Positions 7,990 to 17,900 are shown, counted from the stretch's first letter. The stretch: 24,000 nt of DNA from Testudinibacter sp. TW-1 (GCF_050613185.1 NZ_CP192511.1:229721-253720), one strand, 5' to 3'. Made by a program: numbers and translations. Notes: a model not told the origin generated them from the sequence alone.

Positions 7990-8367
7990 TCATGCCCCGT
8001 TTTTTGCAACTAACAAGCTGACCACAAGGGGCACAATACCGCCAATATCCTGTGCCGTAAAACCAAATGCGACTTTGCCTGAATGTACCGCTTCTGCAAT
8101 TTCACTATCTGATAAGATTTTGCCGGGCATACCCAATGTGGCACAACGCCCGGCCCCTAGAATAGCAATCGCCATGGCTAAAGCGCCGCCGCCACCGGTA
8201 TTACAAGCCCCAAAATAGTAATCAGCGTTGCCGGACTGAATTGCCATTGCCGCTTCGATATCATTCAACACGGCAATTTCAACAACTCGTCCTTGTTTCA
8301 TGAATTCATCGGCTAATGCTACTGCCAATGCCTCTTTTTCAATTTGTCCACCTACTACAATTTTCAT
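7990..8367 (-). CDS. yhfU: YhfU-like small protein (DUF2620), 125 aa
   Basis: Soluble Gly/Ala-rich protein with FGACNTGGGGALAMAIAILG. The ATG directly abuts the yhfW-like stop (TAAATG), and AGGAGG lies inside the end of the upstream gene. Confidence 0.7.
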   Translation of the reverse strand: MKIVVGGQIEKEALAVALADEFMKQGRVVEIAVLNDIEAAMAIQSGNADYYFGACNTGGGGALAMAIAILGAGRCATLGMPGKILSDSEIAEAVHSGKVAFGFTAQDIGGIVPLVVSLLVAKNGA

Positions 8368-9594
8368 TTAGCCTCCTGATTGCACGCAATCGATAAGGAA
8401 TGATGTTCCATTTTCCGTGGTTTGCGCTGCAAAAAAATCACATGCCGACGCACCGACATCAGATAATGTTGCACGTTCACCAAGGTAATGCCCTTGTTGC
8501 TGCTGTCGATAAAGCAATAGCGGTACTTTTTCCCGGGTATGCCGGCTATGCCCGATAGTCGGATCATTGCCGTGATCCGCCAATACCACGAGATAATCCT
8601 GTGGCTTCATCGCAGCCATAATTTTCTCAAGCCAATGATCGACCACTTGTAAGCGATCCGCATAGCGCGCCACATTTTGTGCGTGTCCTGCCAGATCCGT
8701 TTCTTGAATATTGGTACAGATAAAACAACTGCCACGCTGTTGCACATGTTTTAGGGTGAAAGCGAGGATTTCATCCGAATCAACCAATTGCCTATAATTG
8801 ATACCCCCGCTATTTTCAACAATATCAGCGACTTTACCGATTAATACCGTCGGAATGCCTTGTTGCCGTAACAGATATGGAACCTGTGCTTTCGCCTCAA
8901 CGCCATAACCAAGATGCGCAACTTGAAACCCACTGTCATACGCGCCTGATTTTGGCGCATTCACGCCAATATATTTTCCTTGTTTCGTCTCAATTGCCGC
9001 GAGAATAGCTCTGCTATCTTGCAATAAACCGCCAAATGCAATCACCCGCCCAACTTTGGCAATTTTTCGTACCGCTCTGCCAATGTCAAGAATGGTATCA
9101 AAGCCGACCGCACTAATATTGCCGGTAATATTATAGACCTGCCCCAAATCCGCCTCTAAATTGTCGCCGATCGCAATGTGGCAATTCACCCACAGCAGCG
9201 CTAATCCCTCATGAATAATACGTTCGACCTGATAACCCCGTTTTATTAAGCAACATTCAACTTGCTCAATAATCTGACTAAAAGGAGCGATTAAGGGCTG
9301 CTTCGGCTTTGTTCCCATAATCTCCTGATGTCCCATAAAGGTATCACCACCTTGATGTTGCAATAACGCCGTACCATAAACCGCACTTTGTGAAAATGTC
9401 ATGGGCGGATAACACTTACCCAGCACATTCATCAACCCCAATTTTTCCAGCATCGGCAAATGTAATTGCGGGCTTTGTTGCAGAATATGCTCACAAGTAT
9501 TTGCACCAATATCTTGTGGGCGAACTTCCGCCACATCGGGCATTTCCCCCACACCAAAGCTATCAATCACAAGTACAATAAACTTTTTATCCAT
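8368..9594 (-). CDS. yhfW: YhfW-like phosphopentomutase/alkaline-phosphatase-superfamily metalloenzyme, 408 aa
   Basis: The N-terminal [14 protein letters not shown] and C-terminal LADHGNDPT parallel the DeoB motifs (LDSFGIG, ADHG-DPT). The length equals that of E. coli YhfW (408 aa). Confidence 0.8.
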   Translation of the reverse strand: MDKKFIVLVIDSFGVGEMPDVAEVRPQDIGANTCEHILQQSPQLHLPMLEKLGLMNVLGKCYPPMTFSQSAVYGTALLQHQGGDTFMGHQEIMGTKPKQPLIAPFSQIIEQVECCLIKRGYQVERIIHEGLALLWVNCHIAIGDNLEADLGQVYNITGNISAVGFDTILDIGRAVRKIAKVGRVIAFGGLLQDSRAILAAIETKQGKYIGVNAPKSGAYDSGFQVAHLGYGVEAKAQVPYLLRQQGIPTVLIGKVADIVENSGGINYRQLVDSDEILAFTLKHVQQRGSCFICTNIQETDLAGHAQNVARYADRLQVVDHWLEKIMAAMKPQDYLVVLADHGNDPTIGHSRHTREKVPLLLYRQQQQGHYLGERATLSDVGASACDFFAAQTTENGTSFLIDCVQSGG

Positions 9595-9606
9595 TTTGCC
9601 CCCATG

Positions 9607-10758
9607 TTACCGACTAATCGGATTGCCCAAACCGTCATAAACACCAATAACATAAGGCTCGCCACTGCTATGATGATCGATTAAAACAACATCGCTGCGC
9701 GTCACGAAAATTTGGCTACGAAAACACATAATGACGGGCTCGCCGACGGAAAAATGTCCTTGTAGCGGCAAGGTATAATCAATATTGTCATTGGCAAAAG
9801 GCAAAAGTGCGGTTGTACTTAAATCCTCGCCGACAAGTGCCGATTGCGCATTTCCGCGTCGATAATAACCACCGCCAAAACAATAGGAGTTACCGTCAAA
9901 TTGATGTGAAATTTCACTGAGATACAACATTGCAACGACTTCCGGTTGATCGCCCTGCACATTTAACGGAATTGTTCCGGTCAAAGCATGCCCGGGTTCT
10001 GCATGAGTTGCCCCCATTTTAGCTAATAAAGGAAGCCCGTTAATGCAAGTCGAAGACGGCGCATTGATTTGCGTTACACGAATCGCACATTGTTCTAAAA
10101 TCCGTTTTGCTTTAATTAACGTATGAAAATTATGTGTTGCCGCTAATCTCCGCTGCCTTTCATCAAATAATAAACAGGGAAAGTGGGTCACACCGACAAT
10201 TTTAACGGAAGCCAGTTGCTTAACTTGCTCGACAAAATCGGCTAAATCCGACAAATAAATACCACTTTCTTGTCCGGGATAGAAAACATCTCCATCTGAA
10301 CACACTTTAATCAAAAGCGATTGTATTCTCCCCAACTGCGCTGCGATTTTTGCTATCTGCTGTGCTTTTTTAAGTGAATAAACCGTAATAACTTCAGGCT
10401 GATGCTCTAATACCTGTTTCAGCATTGCTGTCGGCGTTTGCACCAAATGTCCGAGGTGAGAAACCGGCAACTGATGCGAGTAATACTGGCGCGCCTCTTT
10501 ATAATCCACTGCGACCATTCCCTCAAATCCCAACTCCAATAAACGCCGTGATAAATAAGGATTCCGCCCAAATTGCTTTGCCATCAAATAAAGTGAAATA
10601 TCATATTGTTTAGCGCAACTAAGCAATTTTTCGCCATTGCGTAAGACCTGCCCGACATCAATAATGTAACTATCCGGCAAAACCACTCCTTTCTTCCATA
10701 AACTGAGCGCACTACTAAGCAATCGTGGATTCTGCTTTTTTAAAGCATGAATAAACAT
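9607..10758 (-). CDS. yhfX: YhfX-like fold-type III PLP enzyme (alanine-racemase N-terminal-domain family), 383 aa
   Basis: The blocks LYLMAKQFGRNPYL, HLGHLVQTP, PGQESG, THFPCLLFDE, THAEPGHALTGTIP and GGGYYRRG parallel E. coli YhfX as I recall it. GAGGA lies 7 nt before the ATG. Confidence 0.8.
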   Translation of the reverse strand: MFIHALKKQNPRLLSSALSLWKKGVVLPDSYIIDVGQVLRNGEKLLSCAKQYDISLYLMAKQFGRNPYLSRRLLELGFEGMVAVDYKEARQYYSHQLPVSHLGHLVQTPTAMLKQVLEHQPEVITVYSLKKAQQIAKIAAQLGRIQSLLIKVCSDGDVFYPGQESGIYLSDLADFVEQVKQLASVKIVGVTHFPCLLFDERQRRLAATHNFHTLIKAKRILEQCAIRVTQINAPSSTCINGLPLLAKMGATHAEPGHALTGTIPLNVQGDQPEVVAMLYLSEISHQFDGNSYCFGGGYYRRGNAQSALVGEDLSTTALLPFANDNIDYTLPLQGHFSVGEPVIMCFRSQIFVTRSDVVLIDHHSSGEPYVIGVYDGLGNPISR

Positions 10759-10761
10759 TCT

Positions 10762-11163
10762 TTAATCCTCATTTTTTTGAAGATTTAGCCTAAAACAATT
10801 AGCTTGAGCTAAGCTAAGGCTATACCAATTCGCAATCAGATAACTGTTTTCCGATTCAGGAATAACCAAATCGGGCAATTCAGATTGAATCAAGGCTAAC
10901 ATATTATGATGGTAATCAAGTAACTGCGGGTATATCTCACTGGATTGAATTTCTTGCATACTGTCAGCATCTAAACCGATTGTTTCAATGTTATTCTGAC
11001 GAATTCTCATTAATGCCATGGCAAGATGTGTTAATAACATTTCGACTTGGGGCGTTTGGCAATCGATTTCCGATTGCAATAGCCATTGGCGAATCTTCGA
11101 AATAATATGTAAAACGCATTTATCAATCATATTCGCTCGGTATAAAATCTCAAATCGTTGCAT
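10762..11163 (-). CDS. yhfY: YhfY-like stand-alone PRD (PTS regulation domain)-like protein, 133 aa
   Basis: All-helical-looking small protein with MLLTHLAMALMRIRQN, a PRD-like block containing a conserved His. It sits between the regulator and the first enzyme gene, as in the E. coli cluster. Confidence 0.65.
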   Translation of the reverse strand: MQRFEILYRANMIDKCVLHIISKIRQWLLQSEIDCQTPQVEMLLTHLAMALMRIRQNNIETIGLDADSMQEIQSSEIYPQLLDYHHNMLALIQSELPDLVIPESENSYLIANWYSLSLAQANCFRLNLQKNED

Positions 11164-11172
11164 AATTCGTCC

Positions 11173-12081
11173 TTAATATGACGGCTCTATTTTTTCATTC
11201 ACCACTAACTGTTGATGTTGCAAAATAGTTTCACGATCTGCATACAAATGAAATAGTTGCTTAATTTTTTCATTCCCTTTTTTAATTAAAATTACCGCTT
11301 CTGTCGCACGATTAAACAGCTCATTATTTTTAAGCGGTTTAAATGTCAAATGATGTTTTTTAAAATCATTTCTATCACCAATATTCCAAATCACCCCGTC
11401 AATAATATGATTTTTTAACAGCGAAAAACTGTTGTTATACGTAATAGGGACAATCTCTATCGCTTGCCCGGCAAAATACCATTCAGTGAGCTTCAACTGA
11501 TCGGGTGAACGGATATCAACCCCGATTTTCTTTAATGTATTCTCTGGCTCATCACGGCAAATCAGCCCATGTTCCTGCACATAAGAACCTGCTCCCAGCC
11601 TCATCAAAATCTCTAATTTACCCTGTTCCAACCAATGTTCACAGGCTAAGTGAGAACTCACGGCAAGATCATAAATCCCATTATAGAGACACTCTAATCT
11701 CGCTTCGGCACCGCGCATATGCGCAAAATAGAGCGGAATATTTTCAAATTGCAACTTAAGTCCGCTGGCTAACCCTTCATATAATTTCGTATAGGGTAAC
11801 GGCATCACACAAACTAAACTTGAAATATTTAATAATGTTACCAACTGATGCGGGTTAATATTTTTTAAATAAGAACCTTGGCAGCCTTTTCGTTCCAAAT
11901 AGATAAACTGGTTACTTTCTAGGGTTTTTAATGCTTTTTGGATTACACCGACAGAAATACCAAACTGCTCCGACAGCCGGCTGATCGTTTCTATACGTTG
12001 TCCCTGCTCAATATTTAAAAAATACTGCGCCAACTGGAAAAGCGCAATGTAATCTTTTTTTATAAAATCAGTATCAATCAT
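11173..12081 (-). CDS. yhfZ: YhfZ-like transcriptional regulator (N-terminal winged-HTH, C-terminal ligand-binding domain), 302 aa
   Basis: ISRLSEQFGISVGVIQKALKTLESNQFIYLERKG looks like a GntR-type wHTH. It is the first gene of the operon. The size matches E. coli YhfZ (about 301 aa). Confidence 0.7.
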   Translation of the reverse strand: MIDTDFIKKDYIALFQLAQYFLNIEQGQRIETISRLSEQFGISVGVIQKALKTLESNQFIYLERKGCQGSYLKNINPHQLVTLLNISSLVCVMPLPYTKLYEGLASGLKLQFENIPLYFAHMRGAEARLECLYNGIYDLAVSSHLACEHWLEQGKLEILMRLGAGSYVQEHGLICRDEPENTLKKIGVDIRSPDQLKLTEWYFAGQAIEIVPITYNNSFSLLKNHIIDGVIWNIGDRNDFKKHHLTFKPLKNNELFNRATEAVILIKKGNEKIKQLFHLYADRETILQHQQLVVNEKIEPSY

Positions 12082-12111
12082 TTTTTATACAGAGAATTCA
12101 TTTTTTTGAAG

Positions 12112-12117
12112 ATTATA
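12112..12117 (-). promoter_or_regulatory. Possible -10 hexamer for the yhf-like operon
   Basis: A perfect TATAAT on the minus strand (plus strand ATTATA at 12112-12117) lies about 30 nt upstream of the yhfZ-like ATG, in an AT-rich gap downstream of the yidC terminator. No convincing -35 was found. Confidence 0.25.
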
Positions 12118-12171
12118 AGGGGTAATAAAAATAAAAAACATGAACTGACTCACAAAATGAAATAAAAGAAT

Positions 12172-12198
12172 AAAAAAAGACGTTCTGCTCAGAACGCC
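12172..12198 (-). terminator. Rho-independent terminator of yidC
   Basis: Stem CGTTCT / AGAACG (12181-12186 and 12191-12196) with loop gctc. The A7 run at 12172-12178 is a T7 tract on the minus strand immediately after the stem. It lies about 30 nt after the yidC stop. Confidence 0.6.
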
Positions 12199-12225
12199 TT
12201 TTCATCAATTCGTTACTTGATTAGA

Positions 12226-13845
12226 TTATTTCTTACCGCGCGAATGCAGTCCTTTTTTCTCCAAACCACGATAGATCAACTGTTGTTGGATAATCGTGAT
12301 CACGTTGGAAACCAACCAGTACAATACCAGACCGGCCGGGAACCACAGGAAGAATACGGTGAAGATAACCGGCATAAACATCATGATTTTCTGTTGCGTC
12401 GGGTCAGCAACCGGGGTTGGTGACATTTTTTGCAACAGGAACATCGAGCCGCCCATTAATAACGGCAGAATGTAATACGGATCTTGTGCCGATAAGTCTT
12501 GGATCCAGCCGAAGAACGGCGCGTGGCGCAATTCGACCGCTTCCATAAATGTCCAGTATAATGCGATGAAAATCGGCATTTGCAGCAGGATTGGCAAACA
12601 GCCGCCTAACGGGTTCACTTTTTCCTCTTTGTACATTTTCATCATCTCTTGGCTCATGCGCTGTCTGTCGTCACCGAAACGCTCGCGCAGTTCTTGCATG
12701 CGCGGTTGCAGCATACGCATTTTCGCCATGGAGGTGTATTGTGCTTTGGTCAGCGGATACAAAATCGCTTTCACCACGATGGTGACGCCGATAATCGCCA
12801 AGCCCCAGTTAGATACAATGCTTTGGATAAATTGTAGTAATTTAAACAATGGCTTAGCAATAAACCATGCCCAGCCGTAATCCACGGTTAAATCCAGATT
12901 CGGCGCCACGGCTTCCATTTGGTTTTGCAGTTTCGGACCGGTCCACAATTTACTGCTGACGGTTTGGCTTGCCCCGTCGGCAATCACTTCGGTCGGCGCA
13001 CGGAAACCGATAAAGGCAAAGTCTTTATTGGTGCTGGTATACAGTTGGTTATCCGCATGTTGATCCGGAATCCACGCCGTCACAAAGTAGTGTTGTAACA
13101 ACGCGACCCAACCTTGCTTGGTCGCCACCGCCAGATTGGCTTTTTGCATATCTTCAAAACTGTATTTTTTGTAATTGGTTTCAGAAGAAGAATAGGCACC
13201 GCCGGTATAAGTCGGCATGGCTAAGTTGCTGGAAACATCAATCAGGCTGTGTTTGATTTGCGCATACGGCTGCAACTCAATCGCTTGTCCGCTTTGGTTA
13301 GTGATTTGGTAATCCACATCCACCGCATAGCTGCCACGGGTTAAGGTGAAGGTTTTGATCACTTGCACGCCGTCTTTTTCCAGCGTGAGCGGGATTCGGA
13401 TTTGATCTTGTCCGTCTGCCAGTTTAAAGCTGTCGCCGCTGATTTGATATTGCGCACGCCCCGCCGGAGTATCGATCCCATTTTTGCCGATCAAACCGCT
13501 TTGTGCGATGTACACTAAGTTATTATCGCTTTGCATTAATGAAAACGGCGTATCGGAGTTTAATGTTTCATCATATTTCAACAAATCGGAATCAATCACA
13601 TCCCCGCCCAAGGTGTCGATTTTCAGACTTAAGACATCATTTTCCACGCTGATAATCCGCCCTGTGGTTTGCGTGTCCACCGTTGCGGTTGAACCTGACG
13701 CTGAAGGCGTGTCGCTGCCGTTATTTACGTTTGTGGTTTCCGCCGGCGCCGGTTTTGGCAACACATAATCAATTTGCCATTGCCGGTACACCAGAAACGA
13801 GACAAACAGTAAAGCAATAACTAGTAAACTGCGTTTTGAATTCAT
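12226..13845 (-). CDS. yidC: Membrane protein insertase YidC, 539 aa
   Basis: The N-terminus [23 protein letters not shown] parallels E. coli [18 protein letters not shown] large periplasmic domain precedes a conserved C-terminal 5-TM core ([16 protein letters not shown]). Confidence 0.95.
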   Translation of the reverse strand: MNSKRSLLVIALLFVSFLVYRQWQIDYVLPKPAPAETTNVNNGSDTPSASGSTATVDTQTTGRIISVENDVLSLKIDTLGGDVIDSDLLKYDETLNSDTPFSLMQSDNNLVYIAQSGLIGKNGIDTPAGRAQYQISGDSFKLADGQDQIRIPLTLEKDGVQVIKTFTLTRGSYAVDVDYQITNQSGQAIELQPYAQIKHSLIDVSSNLAMPTYTGGAYSSSETNYKKYSFEDMQKANLAVATKQGWVALLQHYFVTAWIPDQHADNQLYTSTNKDFAFIGFRAPTEVIADGASQTVSSKLWTGPKLQNQMEAVAPNLDLTVDYGWAWFIAKPLFKLLQFIQSIVSNWGLAIIGVTIVVKAILYPLTKAQYTSMAKMRMLQPRMQELRERFGDDRQRMSQEMMKMYKEEKVNPLGGCLPILLQMPIFIALYWTFMEAVELRHAPFFGWIQDLSAQDPYYILPLLMGGSMFLLQKMSPTPVADPTQQKIMMFMPVIFTVFFLWFPAGLVLYWLVSNVITIIQQQLIYRGLEKKGLHSRGKK

Positions 13846-14162
13846 TATTTTTCTCTTCGGTTAGATGTGTATTGGTCAGATATCGAATGCGTACGGCTTG
13901 TTGCGTCGCCGTGTTTTCCATCACAATATTTCGGCGGCACGGGGTCATCGCCGCCCGCACTTAAAGGGTGACATTTTAATACACGTTTCAGCGTAAGCCA
14001 ACCACCTTTTACTGCCCCGTGCGTTCGGATCGCCTCTAGCCCATATTGTGAACAAGTCGGATTGAAACGGCAGCGCGGTCCGAGTAGCGGACTGATACCC
14101 AGGCGATAACCTTTAATCAAAACAATCAGGATTTTTGCGCCAAACGACGATGACGTTGCCAT
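13845..14162 (-). CDS. yidD: Membrane protein insertion efficiency factor YidD, 105 aa
   Basis: [56 protein letters not shown] is the YidD signature. It overlaps the rnpA 3' end by 37 nt and the yidC ATG by 1 nt (TAATG). The C-terminal tail is about 20 aa longer than the 85-aa E. coli protein. Confidence 0.85.
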   Translation of the reverse strand: MATSSSFGAKILIVLIKGYRLGISPLLGPRCRFNPTCSQYGLEAIRTHGAVKGGWLTLKRVLKCHPLSAGGDDPVPPKYCDGKHGDATSRTHSISDQYTSNRREK

Positions 14163-14485
14163 AATTTATCCAAAATCTCGGTTAAAGTGCGGTTATCCAA
14201 TTCCCCGATACCTTTTCGCGCCACCACCACAAAATCCATTGCCGGCAATTGATGTTGGTGCAAACGGAAATATTCACGGCAAAGGCGCTTGATCCGATTG
14301 CGTTCGTGCGCACGTTTCAGGTGCTTTTTAGCAACGGTTAATCCTAAACGCGGAATACCGAGTTGGTTGGGTCTGGCTAAAATGGTGATTTCGGGACGGC
14401 TTGCGCGGACAGGCTGTTGGAAAACGGTTTTGAATTGTTCGGGAACCAGCAAGCGCGATTCCCGAAGAAATTGATGCTTAATCAC
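14126..14485 (-). CDS. rnpA: RNase P protein component RnpA
   Basis: [23 protein letters not shown] is the RNR motif region. The track ORF starts at a TTG (14506). A GTG at 14485 gives 119 aa and aligns with the E. coli and H. influenzae N-termini (xxKxxFxRExRLL). The start codon is uncertain. Confidence 0.9.
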   Translation of the reverse strand: MIKHQFLRESRLLVPEQFKTVFQQPVRASRPEITILARPNQLGIPRLGLTVAKKHLKRAHERNRIKRLCREYFRLHQHQLPAMDFVVVARKGIGELDNRTLTEILDKLWQRHRRLAQKS

Positions 14486-14520
14486 GGAAATGATTAGCGC
14501 GGTCAATTAAGCGTTGTCTA

Positions 14521-14664
<144 letters not shown>

Positions 14665-14861
14665 CTACTTATTATTTAATAAAGGTTTCTCAAGGATACT
14701 TCAGGCATCGCTCTTCTCCTTCCCTCTTCAAAGAAAGACTTTACGACGACCACCCAAAAATAAGGAACGGAATTTTAATCGCAAACGGCGGATAAGTCAA
14801 TTTTAGATTCACAAAAAGCGGGAATTTATTTGCCGCAAGCCAATGTCCGAATTTAAACTGA

Positions 14862-14890
14862 TTTACACAGGTTAGTAAATCGCCGATAAT
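14862..14890 (+). promoter_or_regulatory. Putative sigma-70 promoter for the alpha-2-macroglobulin/pbpC pair
   Basis: TTTACA (14862-14867), a 17-nt spacer, then GATAAT (14885-14890), about 30 nt upstream of the start codon. This is pattern-based only. Confidence 0.35.
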
Positions 14891-14920
14891 CACCTCAATA
14901 CTTCAACACGAGGATTGATG

Positions 14921-17900
14921 ATGAAAAAATTATTTTCCGCCTTATTCATCTCACTGTTGCCGATCTCCGCCCAAGCGGCAAAATGGAACAACACCGCACT
15001 TGAGCAATCCGCCGAGCAATTGATTCAACAAATTGACGCCTTTTTAGCCCAAGCGCCACAGTCCGGTTTATATCAACAATTCGATCAAACACAGCTGAGC
15101 GAATTGTACCAACACGCCGCCGGGCAAGCGCGAATCAATCCCAATGCCGCACTGAGTTATGCCAATCTGAAAGACAAACAAGCCTTCAATCAACTACTGT
15201 TTAAACTCGCTGATAACCGCCTGTACGGCAACACAAAAATTCCTTATTTCTATTTATATAGCCGAAATAATCCTGACGCCACCGTACAATACGATTTTAA
15301 CCAAGCCTTAATTTATGACGGACAAGACAATACCGAATTTGCCTACACCCGTTTTCAACGCTGGGTCTCGCAGCACAATACGGTTGCCAGTGAAAAAGCA
15401 TGGCGGAAGTTTGTTACTAATTATGGTTTTAATCTGCAACGGGTGAATGTGGATCAGTCGTCCGATTTACCCCAAGTTTGCCTAAGCTTCAGCCAAGTGG
15501 TCAATCCCGAGCCGTTGCAAAACTGGCAGCAATTCCTGACGGTTAGCGATCACAGCAAGCTGCAATGGCAATATCGCGGCGATCAACTCTGTTTTACCGG
15601 CGAATGGGGACAAGATTACCAAATTCAAATCGATCCGAAACTGCAAAGCGAATATCATTTACGTTTGAGCAACGACACCGATAACGAGCGTCTGATCAAA
15701 ACACAAGTATCCACCGGACAACGGGAACCGGTGTTGCGTTTTGCCAATAACGGCACGCTGCTTAATGCCTACGGCGAACGCAATCTCACGTTAGAAACCG
15801 CCAATGTATCACAGGTGGATTTGGCATTATGGCAGATTCCCGCCAATAACTTGGCCAACTCTCGAATCCGTGAATTGATTGCCACCCCGAATTCATTCTA
15901 TTCATGGACGGTGAATTCATTACTGGAAGATAACGCCCGCCTGCTGTTTAACGGGCATTTCCGAGTGGAGAATGCCGAACCGAACAAAACCGCGAACAAC
16001 AATATTTTATTGGACGATCTGAGTCCTGAACTGAAAGCAGGATTCTATGTCTTACGTGCCAAACAAAATGGTGACGACTATAATACCACGAATATTGCCT
16101 TTGCCTTAAACACCCAAGGCTTCACCGCCTATAAAACCCCGCAAGGCTTATGGGTGGAAGTACGGGATTTAGACAGCAAAAAGCCGCTGACCGGACAAAC
16201 GCTGACCCTATACGCCAAAGATAATGCCATTCTCGCCACCGCCAAAACCGATCGCAACGGCGTGGCGTTTTTCGCACAAGCCGCCGTCAGCGGACAACAA
16301 GGCGCGCAACCGAGCCATGTGATCAGCCTTGATCAACCGCATTTAGGGTATTTGGATTTAATCGACAACAGTATTGATTTATCAAATAAAGGCTTGTCCG
16401 GCGAGTTGGAAAATCCGTTAATGCAGAGTTGGATCTGGTTTGACCGTGGCGTCTATCGTCCGAACGATCTTGCCAATGGTATGATGTTATTCAAAACTCC
16501 GGACGGCAAGCCGTTCCATTCCGCCTCGATTTGGGCGACTTTGCAACGCCCCGACGGCAAAACCTTTTCCGTGGCCGAGCTGAAACCGCACGCCAATGGC
16601 GCTTATTATTTTGAGCAAGCATTCAGACCCGAAGTGCGGTTAGGCAGCTGGAAACTCACCCTATCGCTTGCCAAAGACGGCAAGGGCTATTTGGCACAGC
16701 ATACCCTCCCGGTCGCTGCGATTCTGCCACAGCAAATCGAAGTGAAAACCCGAGCGGCAACCGCCCAATTAACCCAAAATCAGACCGCACTTTTCAGCGT
16801 GCAAGCCGATTGGCTCTACGGGGCGCCGGCAAGCGGACAAAGCGGTTATATAAACTGGCAAGTGCAACCAACTGACAAGCCGATTAACGGCTGGCAAGAT
16901 TGGCAAATCGGCTTATTCGATGAAAAAATCAATGCGATTTCACAAAACGAAAGTTTGCCGCATACCAACGCCAACGGACAAAGCCAATTCTCGCTAGCGT
17001 TGGATAATATGCCGCGCAGCAGCAAACCGTTACAGTTAAACCTGCAAAGTACGGTAATCGAGCCGAACGGACAGGAAGTCAGCAGCAAACTGCAACTGCC
17101 GATCCAACGTGCGCAACCGTATGCGGCGTTAAAAGTCAATGATCGCCTCGCTGAAATTGCCTTGATTAACGATAACGGCGAACCGCAAAACGGTACTCTG
17201 AATTGGAAACTGTATCGGGTCAGTTACAACTGGTATTGGTCGAACAGCGGCGGTTACTGGCAGTACAACATCAATGAAAACCGCACTTTGGCACAACAAG
17301 GCACAATTAATATCAACGCCAATGGCAATAATCGTCTCGAATTACCGATTAACGACGGTAGCTGGGTGCTGGAAGTGCAGGGTGAAAATCACCTGACCGC
17401 GGCGTCATTGCCGCTTGAATACGGCAATTGGACACAACCGAACATCAACAATGCGCCGGATACCATTTCAATCAGCAGCGACAAAGCCCGCTATCAAAAC
17501 GGTGAAAAAGTCAAAGTGCGGTTGCGTGCGCCGTTCGACGGACCGCTCAGCGTCAAACTGGCACAGCGTGAAATCCTTGAAAATCATCAGCTGAATTTCA
17601 AAAACGGCGAAGCCGAACTGGAATTTAACTGGCAAGATGACTGGGCGCAAGGCATTTGGTTGTTGGCGAACGGCTGGAATGAAAACCCAAACGAAAATCA
17701 AAATCTGCGTGCGGTCGGTTTGCATTGGTTAGGCAATGATTTAACGGCGATCAAGCTGGATCTGCAACTGGATCTGCCAAGCGAAGTGCTGCCGAGCCAA
17801 ACCATTAATTTACCAATCCGCCTGAAAAACAAGGCGACACAACCGAGTTGGTTGCAAGTCGCGGTGGTTGACGAGGGTTTATATCAGCTCGCCAAAGCCA

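Noticed and set aside
8364-8567. A 67-aa minus-strand ORF overlaps the 3' end of the yhfW-like gene and the yhfU start.
   Set aside because: It is out of frame with the 408-aa phosphomutase-like ORF, which has conserved C-terminal motifs through this region. There is no independent support.
4466-12225. I looked for mobile-element hallmarks (integrase, transposase, tRNA target, flanking direct or inverted repeats) around the yhf-like island.
   Set aside because: None is visible by eye in either border region (4466-4559 and 12082-12225), so the island is not called a mobile element.
12566-12880. Three overlapping plus-strand ORFs (12566-12880, 12591-12785 and 12649-12837) and one at 13484-13768 lie inside yidC.
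   Set aside because: All are antisense to the well-supported YidC frame, and nothing recognisable appears in their translations.
13769-13960. A 63-aa minus-strand ORF spans the yidD/yidC junction.
   Set aside because: It is an alternative frame to the conserved YidD C-terminus and YidC N-terminus, so it is a shadow ORF.
14676-14729. A purine-rich tract on the minus strand (GAAGAGGGAAGGAGAAGAG) provides an AAGGAG 7 nt before a 10-codon micro-ORF (MPEVSLRNLY, 14708-14676) just upstream of rpmH.
   Set aside because: This is attractive as a leader peptide, but I know of no leader-peptide control of rpmH. The ORF is tiny and has no conservation evidence, so it could be chance. It is worth checking only if ribosome profiling is available.
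14861-14869. A DnaA-box-like 9-mer, ATTTACACA, lies in the rpmH-yfhM intergenic region. I also searched more generally for oriC.
   Set aside because: This is a single weak match (6/9 to TTATCCACA) that overlaps the putative -35 hexamer. There is no cluster of boxes, no AT-rich 13-mer array and no GATC cluster, so I see no evidence for an origin in this window.
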